Assembly: GCF_964355755.1 (NCBI RefSeq)
Contig: NC_092677.1
Location: forward strand, 9,570,101-9,634,100
DNA: 64,000 bases
Direction: 5' to 3'
Source: Antedon mediterranea
Taxonomy: Eukaryota; Animalia; Echinodermata
A program made the translations under genes and the position numbers. The notes under the pieces were generated by a model that saw only the letters and a list, made by a program, of their open reading frames with translations, was not told where the DNA came from and did no database searches. Each line of letters begins with the position of its first letter. Within the stretch, counting starts at the first letter, position 1. Of the stretch, positions 1-13,327 are shown piece after piece.

Positions 1-817
1 TAAATGTGAATTAGAACTATTTAGAACTAGTTGAATGGTTTGATAATCTTTAACAAACTGTAGGGTTTTAGTTTTCATTCTGGAAAAACAAATTTGGTCC
101 CCTAAAGATTCGCGGTTTTAAGAGAGTACAGTAAACTCTTCCAATTAAAATACTATAAACTATTTACTTATAATATTTGAATATAATTATATTATCTTAT
201 CAATTGCCAGTTTTCAAATAAATGGAAAATAAAGTATATATGACTATGACTAAAAGTATGGATACAGTTTAAAAATAAATTAAAACACTTATATTATTAA
301 AACATAAAAAATAATAATAAAAATAATCACACAATAGTTTGACAGTGTAGACAGGATTAGGATTAGAAAGGGAAGGATTACTGTATCAAAGTGGAATGTG
401 GTTTTGAATGATTTTAAGCTTTTGTGAAAATGATCAATTGACACAATGTTAAAGAGATTGTTAACAAAATGACGATGAATAAAAACGTTTATAGTACAAG
501 ACTCTATTGTACAATGACAATAAATAGGTAGGTATAAAAGGCAATCCAATTCTAAGGTACAGTGGGTTGGGATTAGTGAGCCCATTAAATTGTTATCAAA
601 ACTATGTTAAACGGTAGCTCTAAAATTTATGTTGTAAAACTGTTGAAACAAGTATTGTGAAATCAAGCCCCTTTTTTTTTTACATTTTTTGGAAAAAATT
701 CTTGGTTTTCAAAGAGTATTAGGAGGGTCAACTGTAAAAGTAACACCATAGGATTATTATTATGGTAATTATTAAATGAAATTTTAATAGTATCTATTGT
801 TTTAGTAAAGATGCTAC

Positions 818-1282
818 CTCGTTGGTACACTTGAGCGTCTGTCTTAGATCGACAAGTGAGTGCTATTGCGGTCCACTGTGCTCGTCTTTTCTTGTACCTC
901 CCAGTGTTATCAATGCAGTCCAGGTGTTCCAGCTACAAAATAACATTTTAATTTGATAGTTAATTAGTATTAATATGGTACCATTTCAATGATAACACAA
1001 TATTACATTATATGTATACAAGTATTTGCAGAAGTTAAGGTAAAAAAGAAAAGAAAGCAATTTTTATGGAGGGAGGGTTTAGAGGTAAACACAAGTACTG
1101 CTTCATATTCACTGTGTTTAACATACAATACTATTTCTATCAATTTTATAATTATTTCAAAAATACAATTATGAACAAAATTACAGAAGGTTTACCAGAT
1201 TTTGAAGTCGTTTTGTTTCAGAGATCCATTCAGTAATTTCAGCCTTGTCGCTGTCACCAGCAGCAGATGTACTTCTGTCCAT
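818..1282 (-). CDS. FCSK: L-fucose kinase, 5' coding exons (gene continues beyond the left edge of the window)
   Basis: Exons 1282-1196 (MDRSTSAAGDSDKAEITEWISETKRLQNL) and 932-818 (LEHLDCIDNTGRYKKRRAQWTAIALTCRSKTDAQVYQR) join in frame across a GT-AG intron. WTAIALTCRSKTDAQVYQR resembles the N-terminus of vertebrate fucose kinase ([20 protein letters not shown], recalled). The start codon is uncertain because the frame is open up to the acceptor at 1303. Confidence 0.75.
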
Positions 1283-1427
1283 GTTAAAGTCGATGTGTGC
1301 ACGCTTTAAAATAAAATATATTCATGCACATTACTATGTTTCCCTAACATTCAATTACAGTCAAGTGAACACCTAACATTTATTGTTGAATTCATCGATG
1401 GAGAAATTGTTTACAAAGTGCAAATTG

Positions 1428-1670
1428 AGTGGAATTGTGGCTTGGTGGTTATGATGCTTGGCTACCATTCTAAGGGTCCTGGGTTCAAGTCCCGTCACAT
1501 GTCAGGATTTTTTCTAAGGACCAAATTACTCCACTCCCAAAGACTTGTAATAAGACTTTGTTTATGTAGAGCATCTTGTGTATATGTTTGTCTTGTGAAC
1601 CTCTGAGGGTCCCTAATGATCAGCAATAGCTGGATGGATCACCCTCATTAAATATGGTTTAAAAAAAAAG
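1428..1670 (+). mobile_element. tRNA-derived SINE
   Basis: A-box-like TGGCTTGGTGG and B-box GGTTCAAGTCC at tRNA spacing, then a unique body and an A-rich tail. A related 3' part occurs near 26745-26810. Confidence 0.65.
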
Positions 1671-2679
1671 GGACATAATAAGATGGGGTTGTAGGGGAAA
1701 TAACGCCGGCGCCACCTAACTACACACTCAGAGGGATATAATTTATAGAACTGTGAATATGTTTAGGGTCATAATTAAGTCTAAACAATTATCAATGGCA
1801 TAGGCGTATCCTGTATAATATTAGAGCCATTGTATTGCATCTATGATTCCTGCTACACTATAAAAATAAATGCTACATACTATGGTCTGTTTATTATTAT
1901 TGTGCAGTCACAAGAGAATGAGAAGGTTAAACTAATTGTATTTCTTTAAATAAACCATAGGGTCATAACCCATGCTGAATTTATAAAGTACCTTCTTTTA
2001 AATGTCCAGCTGTTTGTTTGTTGGTCCCCCTCCTTCAACAATCCAGTCCAGTACTTTTGGAGCTATGGATTCACTGAAGTGTGAAAACATTGACCTCATT
2101 CATTGCCTTTTATGGATATGACGTTATGAAAGGGGAAGCCCCATAAACGTGTTTTGTTTTGGTAGCCTGTTGCTATTTCTTCAACATTTTGAACGTGTCC
2201 TACTAATATTTGATATATAAAGTCAATGTTTGTGCAGTTCAATATGTTATTGTCTAGGACTAGAGTATCATTAATAATAATATTTATCAAATTGCATTGA
2301 AATATGTATGTACCACCATGGCCAATTAATTTGTTATGTGTGTGATGTTCATTAAATCATATATACCGCCCTCTCTACATCTTTGCTTTACCAACTTAAC
2401 CACCACCACCACCACCACACATGATACCACCACAACACCACACAGATCGCAGGGAGAAAGACGTTTCACGTAGCCTTAGCTAGGCCTAGGTAAAAAGTCC
2501 GCTGAAATTCTCAAACAGATGAATGAAAGGTAATGTTTTAACATCATTTATTAGTACCAGGCCTATAGGCCTAGCTAGGCCTAGGCCTAGTAGTAGTAAT
2601 ACTATATGTAGGCCTAGGAGGCTAGCTAGACCTCCTCCTACCTAGTAGGCCTATAGGCCTAGTAGGCTACGTAGGCCTA

Positions 2680-3509
2680 CAATAGACACGTTTCGCGCTC
2701 GCGAGGTCACCGTCAGTTTGACCTTTTAGTGGGTATACAATGTTAAACAAACACAGCGAGAGGTATGTTAAAGCATGGGAGAACTGAGACTGAGAGATGA
2801 TCATCTTAAAAAGCAATCGTCAAAACTAGCCTTTTGATGGAATGGCATGGTAAGGATGTTATTTATTTTCTAAACTTATGTTTTATATTCACTGTAGAAT
2901 TATTTGGGCATTTGGTTCGGAATCATCGACTTTATTTATGTATTGTCATTTTTGGTTTGACATTATTATAGGCCTATATAATTACGGTGCATTTAATACA
3001 TGTTAACTGTTGATTTTATTTACAAATGTTGCGTAAATATATTAATTATTATCTTTCATTCTTCTTCATGTTCCTATTGCATCTTCCATGTATTATGTGA
3101 TGTTCTTCGGCGCTTAAACAGACACCCAAGCCTCCTAGGCCTAGTAGACCAAGTACCGCATCATCAGGCAACGCCACCGGCGGGCGGGCGGAGAGACCCG
3201 AGCACATCGTGGACGTACCTTTCCTTGAAAAATGTCCAAGATTTTGCGCCACTATCCTTCGGAGCCGACGCAAACCACTGAGCAAGTGTTTGAAAATTAA
3301 AAACAGGAATATTATTCAGTGATTTTGTGTAGTTAAATTCACGATTTATCCAACATATACAACATTTATGATGCACCTTGCAACAAAAGCACTCGGCAGT
3401 CGCCATTTCGCTATGCTTCAACACGCACTAGGCGAGAGCTGTGTTCGGTTTGTTTACAAATCTATACCCACTATTTCTGATTGGTCGCGAGCGCGAAACG
3501 TGTCTATTG
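2680..3509. mobile_element. Non-autonomous TIR DNA transposon (ISL2EU/Harbinger-like)
   Basis: Perfect 25-bp inverted repeats CAATAGACACGTTTCGCGCTCGCGA at 2680-2704 and 3485-3509. The ends can be read as AT|AGAC...GTCT|AT (2-bp AT TSD). Confidence 0.75.
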
Positions 3510-3703
3510 TCATTAGCTCTGGGCCTAGCCTAGCTAGCTAGGCTGGGCCTACTAAAAGAGTATACCACATGGTCCTACTAGAGGCCTAATAATTAATAGA
3601 ATAAAATACTAGGCTAGGCCTACTAACTACTACAGTACACACTCAATCAAGATTAACCTCTAACTAGGTTACTACTGCCTAGCTTTACTCTATGCTAATG
3701 TTA

Positions 3704-4512
3704 TGTTATGCGCGATTTGAACGATTTGCGCAATTTGAAATTGCGCAAAAAATTCCTTGCGCAAAGAATTCTTGCGCAATTTTAAATTGCGCACAGATTT
3801 TCTTGCGCAATATTAAATTGCACAATCAACTTGTGCAATATCAAATTGAGAAAATCCTTGCGCAATTTCAATTTGCGCTGCACAATTTGTAAAATTGTCA
3901 AATTGCGCAGCAGAATTCTACCAGAATGCGTGCTAACGTCGACGATCGGTTAACAATAATAATTTATTCGAAACTAATAACTCAAAATGAAACATAATAA
4001 ATGCGAAGATAACATGTGTAACACACAACATAAATGGCATACACAATTAAATAATATTATCATTATTAAAAATAACAAAAATTAATGTAGTAATAAACAA
4101 CATAGTCTACCGCCACCAACGGTTAGACTTGCTATCAAAACATAGCCAGTAGTAGGCGGCTAGATAGAGTAGTATTAGCCGCCCGCCGTGCACGTGCCCG
4201 CCGGGAACACCACCTTTGTGGTCCTTTGTCGGGTCTTCGACGGTATGCTAACAATAACAATATTTTCACTACTATAAAAAATAAATAAATGCGATATTAT
4301 CTTTAATTTTGAATCATTCTTAGAAATTACTATAAAAATATGGGTGTGCATGATTTCACAATCTGTCGAAAAAAACCTTGCGCAATTTGCAGATTACTTG
4401 CGCAATTTAATACGTTGCTTGCGCAATTTGAAACAGATGTTTCAATTCAAATTGCGCAAGGAATTCTTTGCGCAATTTTAAATTGCGCAAATCGTTCAAA
4501 TCGCGCATAACA
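3704..4512. mobile_element. Non-autonomous TIR element with TGT...ACA ends and TTGCGCAA subterminal repeats
   Basis: Long inverted repeats TGTTATGCGCGATTTGAACGATTTGCGCAATTT (from 3704) and the reverse complement ending at 4512. Many TTGCGCAA palindromes in both arms. Confidence 0.8.
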
Positions 4513-5989
4513 CTAATACAATAGTCGTCGTGGCGGTGTGGTGATGGTCGGTGACCATGAAGTTTGTGCCTTTTCAGCGATTTCAACAACAAGCCAACAA
4601 TTCATCCTCATTTAATTTTAGTTCACAGAATTGTTTTTAATTAAAAAAACAACTCTAATCTACTAATATACTGCGTCTCATTTGAAATTAGTCGCATTAA
4701 TTATTCATTTAGGTTGAACTAGTTAAAGGTGTATCCCGTAGCAACGATTTGGGTTCATGTGAAAAAAATGATGAGTCTTAATGTTTGACGAGAATATCTC
4801 AATTTTTTTTAAATCACCTTTTCTAACTGTTAGTCACTACTGTAGTATAATTTCTCTTTGAATGGTCTCTATACTAATTTACTATGGTTTTTTATTGATA
4901 CTGCTATTGTTACTATTTCAATTTTCTTTTAAACATGTGGATTTCTTCAAGATAAACAGTTTTACTAAATGATGTAACTTCTACTAATAATTGACATTTA
5001 CTTGACCTTTATCTTAATGCAGAGGGAGGAATGACAATTGAGTCACCTGAACTCTTAGTAGCGTACATCCTGTTTTAGTAGACAACATAAGTTTTTAAAA
5101 TCAATGAAAAAACAAACATACTATATTTTCCATTCTGTACTTAACATCAACAAGAATAGATGCATGTACTGAAATAGTTAGTCCTTACCTTTTTACACTA
5201 AATGTTTGGATGCATGTTGTACAGTATTTAGATTTTACCAGAGTATCATAGAAAATTCTGTAATAAATGTGTTTTACAGTTGCTTAACTGTGGTATCATA
5301 GGCCATAACTAAACCCTTAAACCAACCTTACAATTACATTACATGATATAGGCTTGCACAACATGCTGTATTAAAGATATTCTTGCTACACAAAACTGGG
5401 CAAATATTGTAGAGATAACACTGAGAATCTGGTATAATTCAGAAAATATTTTATTTTAACAATATATTATTACTTAAACTGTATAAATTCAAATCTAGTA
5501 GTACAGTAGTAGTAGGGGAAGAGTAAAAATGTAATCCTTGGTTATATTCTGTACAATAGGTTTTAAATGAAGTTTTCAAATGACAATGAAATGCTAATAT
5601 TGGACCATTTCCTGTTAGTATTACTGTAGTAGTTTACAGAAAATTTAGATTTTTTGAATTTTGATTACAGTATTTAAAATTTATACAAATAATTTTAATA
5701 TTTTGTGCTACTGCTTTTATGTTAATACTGTATATATATGTAAATACTGTAAAACTGTAAAATGCTATACAATATTTAATATAAAATAAGGTGGTTTATT
5801 ATCATTATTACATAACAGTACAATAAACTGTCCCCTTAAAAATAAAGTACATGTGTGTCCCTGTCCTTTTTGTACAACAAAATAATTGTGTTATTAAAAA
5901 GTAATTGTTTATAACAATACTTTATCTTTCTTTTTTTAAGGCTACCAAGAGGATTTATATAGCAAAACGAGAACATACAGTTTTGAATA

Positions 5990-8900
5990 ATGAATTATTT
6001 TAAACTACGGACGTTGGTAATTGTCCTTATTTTTTTAATGATATCGTTTATTTTTACGTATGTCTACACAAATGGAAACTATCTCCGATTGCCAAGTGAT
6101 CCTAATCATATGCAAATTTTACCAATGAAAGCGTATACCGATAATTCCCACCAATTCATATATGTAAATAACTCTGATAAACACCAGGAGTTTTTAATAG
6201 TTAATAAAGAAAATAGTGTTGAAAAACATGAGAATTTGAACATTCCAAACAAGAACGAAATTCCAATTGATGGAGCTGCTCATATTTCAAACCAACAAGA
6301 ATTAAAGAAACCAGTTTTTACGCAAAATCAAGTAAACAAAGAAGAGCAACATGTAGATACAAATCATTTGCACGTTGGGGTTAAAATAGACGAAAATGTT
6401 GCTATTAGCCTGCCAAAATCAACTCCTGCCAGACCCTGCAACAGACTCTGGGTGAAAGGTCGATCAAAATGGTTTGATCAACGCTTTGATGGTACAATTT
6501 CATCCATCTGGACACGCGACAATATTAAACAGACTTCAGCGGTCAAAAACTGGTGGTTGGTAAGTAAATTTTGTACCTACAGTAGCTATCATGGTTAGAC
6601 ACCATGGGAAGACTGTTCCATTTACATATAGGGTTTCTTTTATCTAAAGAGGCACTACAAACAACACACTGTAAAGTTTTGAATCAATCATTGTTCAACA
6701 AAAAAGAAAAAAAAATGTATATTGTTGTTGGATTGTATAGTTTTAAAATGCCTAGCAATTGTTAACTGAACGAGACCTTTGTACTTTAAAGGAGAACCCA
6801 CCAGAGATCATTTTAAACTAGTGCAGCATCAGTCTAACTAATTTGTAAATGAAATATTGCATTCTCGCTGAATATATAATAATTGGAAAATTTACTTTAA
6901 AAAATGTAAGACAACAAGATGTCTGACTGAGAACAAGAATACATGGTTTACATAATGTATATAATTCTGTTCTTGGATAAAACAACACCATAGGACCATA
7001 TGTTTTGAAGTTTTTTTGTAAGACCACCTGAATTTTAATTGGTTTACTACAGAAAATACTAAGTATCTCTTAAAGTTCAACTTAACAATTAAAAAAAAAG
7101 TAGATACAGAGCTTCTTACTGCCTTGTATTTTGTTATTAAATGTAACATATGCCTTACCTAAAAATAGAAACTAGATAGTATAACGGTTTTCATCTAAAT
7201 TATAAAAAAGTTTTTCTAATGTACATAGCTATGTAAGACATAGCTATATATTTTTAGACTGAATATTAAGTGCTATGCACTTTGTTGTAAGCACTCCCCT
7301 TTTTGACAGCTAAAACAAAAACTACTGAACTACTATTTTATATTTATTTTGATTATTTAAAATATTATATAAACATATAGATCTGATTCCAGTCAATACT
7401 GTACTGATCTCCCAGTAGGCATGTGATGGAACAGTAATTGCGATTTACCAATAATTTTAGAAATAATTTTTAGTATTTAAAATAAATGTATTACTCAGCA
7501 GATAAATATCTTACTGTATAGACCATACACTGATCTATTTGTAGCGGTTTCTATGAAACGAACGCACACACACACACACACATTTCATTCAGGTATTGGT
7601 TATATAGCAGTATTATATTTCCTGTTACACTTATTAAGCCACAGGAAATTTCTTTCATGTTAAACACAAATTCCATTAGTTATTAAAGTAAAGATGTAAC
7701 ACACTCAATTTATTTTGCAATTTGTGCTTTGAAATTTGTATTTTCAAGAGATACAATATCAGAAAAACAGTTTTTATGCGAGATAAATAATTAATCCATA
7801 AACTCGTGTTACAAGAAGCCAGTGCCATATTTAATATTTCTTGCCATGCTATTTGAAATCCAGCCATAAAAATTCCATTCATGTACAAGTACACGAATAG
7901 ATCGGATTATTTTAATGATAAATGGCGGGATGAAAGTAATTACTTGATGGTTGATATCTTTACAAAATGACAGTTCATAACATGAATGCTTTTAAATTAT
8001 AGATAGAAAAATTAAGGTATTAAAGATTAAAACCAGTGATGTAGTTCAGATGAAAAGCCTAAATTTGTTTTATCCCATCTAAAGTCTACACTATCAAACT
8101 AGTTTGACAAAAAAAGTGTGGCCAAATATGGTAGTGATATGACATCATCATGTCCATGTCATGACTATTTTATGGCCGCTCACTAACCTTAATTTTACCA
8201 TAGAGTAACTGACATTTTACACAAAATATTCACAATTTTTTTTAGAATCAAGACACCTTGTTCAAATTTATTTTTTTTTAAACAATGAACATTGATAACA
8301 AATGTCATTGTAGTAACTATCTGTATCTAAGGTGATTTAATTATAATTTCTTCAAACAAAGTTTGTTTAAGAATATTATTAATGAGAAATTAATGAGGGA
8401 ATTTCAGCGTATTGATTCATGAAACAACAGAATGTATGGTTGGTAGAATAATTGTCAACAACGGCTTGTGTTACAAGCTATCCAATAAAGTATTGATTGT
8501 GAAAGACAGAATGCATACAAGACTTTTTTTTTGTGACATTTGAAATTTAAATCTAAAAATTTAATAAGTCAGTCACTATAGACATAGGTGGATGAAAAGA
8601 TTGGGTAAAGTGTGTGGGAATATATCTGAAACATTACCAATTAATTAAAAATTTTAATGATGTTGAAATTAAGCTAAGGTGGAACTTGAGAGGAAGCCCT
8701 TTCAAACCTAGTTATTTACACGGGTATGTTAGTGACCTATCCACCAAAGTTAGTGATAATTGGCTCATTATTCCCAACTTTCCCAGGAGGTTAATAGTAC
8801 TGTAAATAAGCATGAACGGACCACAACTGTATTAATGTTATTTACACATTTTTTTCTGTGCTAAAGGGCATACAAAGTAGTAAGAATAAAGATGTACTAG

Positions 8901-11900
8901 GAGTAATGAATTCAGTATTTACCATGATACCTGACGTAGACGTCTACAAGGATAGGTCTAAGTGCAGGCGATGCGCAGTGGTTGGCAACTCTGGTAATTT
9001 GAAAGGGAGCAGTTATGGAGCAGAAATTGATGCCCATGATATGGTTATAAGGTTAGTTAAAAGAAAATTATTTTATATAATATAAAATATATTATATAAT
9101 ATAATAATAATTATAATTTTAATATAATAATTATATAGTAGTATATAGTAAACTGTGTTGGTAAAATATGATGGTTGCGTTGTGGTAGTCAGTGAGCAAT
9201 TCAAACAATACCAGTATTAGTGCAGTTATTTAAACATTTAGGACTGCTGATCAAAATGCGAAAACAAGTTCATCTGGTTTTAATGTAGTGGTAGGTAAAG
9301 TTCATATTAACCTTAAATCAGTGGAAAACTTGCGTGTCAAAACAGTTTCATTTCGTCTGGCTAACAGCTAAAAATAAAATATTATACTATTGAAAGGCAT
9401 AAACTAGAAGCTGAACTTTTCTGATTAAGGAATCTTTCTATTCATTTGGCTCCCTCAAAAAAAAAATTCCTTTTATCCCTAGGGCTTTATCTGCACTATC
9501 TATCTATACAAAAAAATGTGATGGGCCCATATGGATATGATGTCATATCACTACCATATTTCAGCATATCAATACCATATTTGGGCACTTCACACTTTTG
9601 TTGTCATACTTGTTTGTGATAGTGTAGACAGAGCTTTAGTGGCAAAGCTACAATTTATTGAATATGAATGATGCATATTAAGTCAACTGAGCCATTTAGG
9701 AATGTTTCTACTCCTTCAAATGTACTTTTCTCTCAATATTGCAAAGTTGTGACAAATCTACGATATATATATGTATTTATCAATTATATGAAACATATTT
9801 AATAAATCAGTAGGCTACACCTCCACAACCTAAAACAACATTATTATTATTTGTGAGTCAGGATGAATGAAGCTCCATTAGCAGGCTTTGAAAAAGATGT
9901 AGGCTACAGAGAAACGCATCGCCTCATGTATCCTGAGAGTTACTACAGCATCAAGCAAGATGTACACTTTGTGTTGGTTAGCTTCAAGACCCTGGACGTG
10001 GAATGGCTCATGAGTGCCATGACAACGGGCACAATTAAAAGGTATAAAACAAAAAAAGTAGTGGATCTGTAGCTTGGTGGTTAACAACATGCTTGCCTTG
10101 CAATCCTTCCAATCCCAATGTCTAGGGTTCAATCCTGACCTAGTGCCAGGGTTGACTTACGACTCTTTCAATGCCACTCCCTAAGCCTCAAATGTGACTT
10201 ATATGCATTATAAATTATTTTAAATAGTTTATCCATCCTGTAATTGGCGAGTTTCTCGCTGTTGGATGCGTATGAAATAAAAAATAAATGAAAAAAACAT
10301 TTTCAAACAATGTTTTCATATCAATTTTAGCAGATGGCTACTATAGTTATTATTTCACCCTTAACCTTATGGCAGTCACTATTCTACTTCTCTATTTACA
10401 GTATATCTATTTGTATGCATGTATACAAGAAAATGCAAAATAGCTAAGCTTGAGATAATATAGACAGAAAAGAACACGTTAACAAATTCATCATCCACAC
10501 ATATGGATCAATATAAATTGGTTTATGAATATTTATAATTAATATACAGTACAGTAATCTTGCATAATTTAATTTATGTGTGAAGAATCATTTACCATGA
10601 TTTTTTTTTCTCGCTAGAACTTGGCGGCCGGTGAAAAACTTAATCAATGTCAATGCAAGTCTTGTGAGTAATTAATATTTTAAAATCTATTTTATATTTT
10701 ACAGCATATATAGTAATATTTACATTCCTTCCTTTTTAAAATGTTATTTAAAAAAAAATCAACAAATACTAACAACAATAACAATTTTACTACACGTTCA
10801 TTTAACACTGATTTGTTACAGCTTTATCAATGTTTTTGGCATTTACATGCCTTATTTTGTATTTAAATGATTTTTTTAATGCCATTTTACAGTGTTAATG
10901 TATCGTGGTTAGTCATGTAGATGGGTCAGTTCAGTGTAATAAACCTGCTTTATGGGAAGGAAGCCAAAAGTCAACTTAAAACATAACATATTGTTTGTCA
11001 CATTAATTCATACTGATGTATTTAACCAGTTTCTGTAAAGTTAAAATATTCTTCTTAATTTCGCTCTTCAATATTTTTATTCAAACATTCACTTGTTATA
11101 ACTTTGGAATCACCAGTGGAGGATCCAGGATAATGATTTAGGAGGCCCAGGTCTGGGTGGGCCTCCCTTCTGGAATCGGCCTACTACTTACTGACCACTC
11201 ATTTTTAATTAAATTTGCTAAACCAACTTTTATTAATATATGATTGTTTCTGAGATTTTTATAAGAAAATTCACACTGAATCTTACCTCTCATTATGTTG
11301 CCTTTCTGGCCATAGTACTACATTTTAATTAGTGTTATTCTTTACTATGATTTACTCAATTTGTAATGTTAATAGACATTTATTCCTATTTTTCCATTGT
11401 ACAATGATCTACATTTACTCATATGATATCTGAATATGTTTTTTGAAGGAAGAAAAATCATTCTACAACCATTTCGTGAATGTATTGAGGAAATAAATAT
11501 TATTAATTTCCTTTGTGCACAAAAGCATTCACTCTCATTTACCTCATTGTACAATAAACGAAACATTTCATTTTGGTGTTATATTACTCCAATGGGTTTA
11601 TCATCCAACAATAATGACTTTTCACAGTTCCTTAAGTCTCTTCTAAATCTGAGCACGTTCTTTAAATGAACAAACATCAATGATTCTAAACACCATTTTG
11701 TGAATCTACAATAATAATCTGGACATTTGTAATGTGACAAATGATTCTATCACCTAAGGCTTACTTAACTTCAAACCATGACATATTAGTCTTACACATT
11801 ATTGACGTCAGTAAGCATTCAACCATGATCACAAAGATAATTTTATTTAAGTAAATATTGCATACATACATCCAGGGGCATTTCACAAACATTTTTTTTC

Positions 11901-13327
11901 TCTTTTGTGTTGCACAAACATTATCTATTTTAAAGTTTCATAAATTATCTTAAAATGTAAATATCTGTTAGAAGATAACATATGTTTATAAGCTTTATTT
12001 GGCTTACCTCCATTCTCCTACAATCAGACCCCAGGCAGGCATTTGAGCCATTCCATCCCCACCCCTTTTTATAAATGTGCATCCTTAAGGCCAATTTAGT
12101 GGTAAGTGGTAACGGTAAGCAGAAAACCGTGTAGCTTGTCCCACATAGAATCTGTATCTATCCTTAGCAGAAACCCCCCGTCCGCTCCACGTTTTGAGTA
12201 AATGGTCATAAGAATTTAACATAGATTCTATGTTTTTATTACCGTTACCGCTCATCTGTGTGAATTGATTAACGTTATTTCTCATCTGTGTAAATTGGCC
12301 TTTAGCGTAAACTTGAAAAAAAATATCAGGAATGTTCAAACCCTACCTACTACAGAAAAGTTGTGCACTTTATAATACTATGAAAGAGACATAAATTCAA
12401 ATTAGTAGGCTTATGGATTGTGAATATCAATACTAGAGGTTGATTGATTTATGGATGCAATTGATTGATGGATGCAATTAATTTCTTTCAAAGGTACAAA
12501 TTTATAATCCGGCTTTGATGAAGTACACTCATGAGGTGTGGAATAAGAAACAAGGGCGTTACCCATCCACAGGATTGCTTGCAGTCATGTTTGCTTTACA
12601 TGCATGTGATGAGGTATGTCTGTTACATAACAACCATTACAGTTCATATAACAAAAGGAACAAAGATTAAGGAAATGAGCTATAAAAGTAATTGTTCCAA
12701 GAAGATCCCTGTATGCTTAAAGGAGGTGGTCCCTGAAAATCCCAGATGACTGGGTTCACATACAAGAATACAAGTAAACATAATAATAATTGCTGTTTTT
12801 GTTTGCCTTAAGCAAAGTAATATTACTATGGGAATTGCTAATTACAAAAACGATTTGTTAAAGAATAAAAAAAAATCTATTTCAGCTATGACAATTTGAA
12901 ATCTATAATATGTTTATACTGGTTGAATTTTACACATGTTCTTATGAATAATACAATCATATGTCTGGGTTAATGCTAATATTTTTTATTAAAAAAGCAA
13001 AAAATTAATTGAAAGTCTGGCTCAGCCAAGCTCTAGTTTTTGCTATCAAAAAGAAGAAACAAGCTTTTGTTTTTCTTCTATAATCTGAATACAGTATACA
13101 CTGCAGTAGAAGGTTACAATTTATTTCAATTTGTTTAGGTTGATGTTTACGGCTACGGAGCAAACAAAATCGGGAATTGGGACCATTATTGGCAGAATGA
13201 TGGAGGAAAAGGAAATTCTGCATTTCGGAAGACCGGTGTCCACAACAGTGGTGTTGAATCACAAATTTACCAGCAATTGAATGCAGAAGGAATTGTAAAA
13301 GTACACATGGGAAATGCACACAGATAG
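5990..13327 (+). CDS. ST3GAL1/2: CMP-sialic acid:beta-galactoside alpha-2,3-sialyltransferase (ST3GAL1/2-like, GT29)
   Basis: Six in-frame GT-AG exons: 5990-6559, 8867-9051, 9862-10041, 10618-10663, 12494-12613, 13139-13327. N-terminal TM anchor; sialylmotif L ([35 protein letters not shown]...DVG), S ([23 protein letters not shown]), III (HYW) and VS (HNSGVE). Confidence 0.95.
10061..10295 (+). mobile_element. tRNA-derived SINE (degenerate)
   Basis: TAGCTTGGTGG A-box, GGTTCAATCC B-box and an A-rich tail. The head is similar to the element at 1428. Confidence 0.5.
12088..12301. mobile_element. Harbinger-like MITE
   Basis: Terminal inverted repeat AGGCCAATTTA ... TAAATTGGCCT flanked by TTA on both sides. 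Internal GGTAACGGTAA / TTACCGTTACC inverted copies. Confidence 0.6.

Noticed and set aside
3692-4592. Short ORFs 3692-3892 and 4407-4592
   Set aside because: They derive from the TTGCGCAA repeats of a non-coding TIR element.
11580-11828. Possible two-exon 62-aa antisense ORF in ST3GAL intron 4 (MVECLLTS...KPIGVI)
   Set aside because: Requires a 59-nt intron and has no recognisable homology; compatible with chance.
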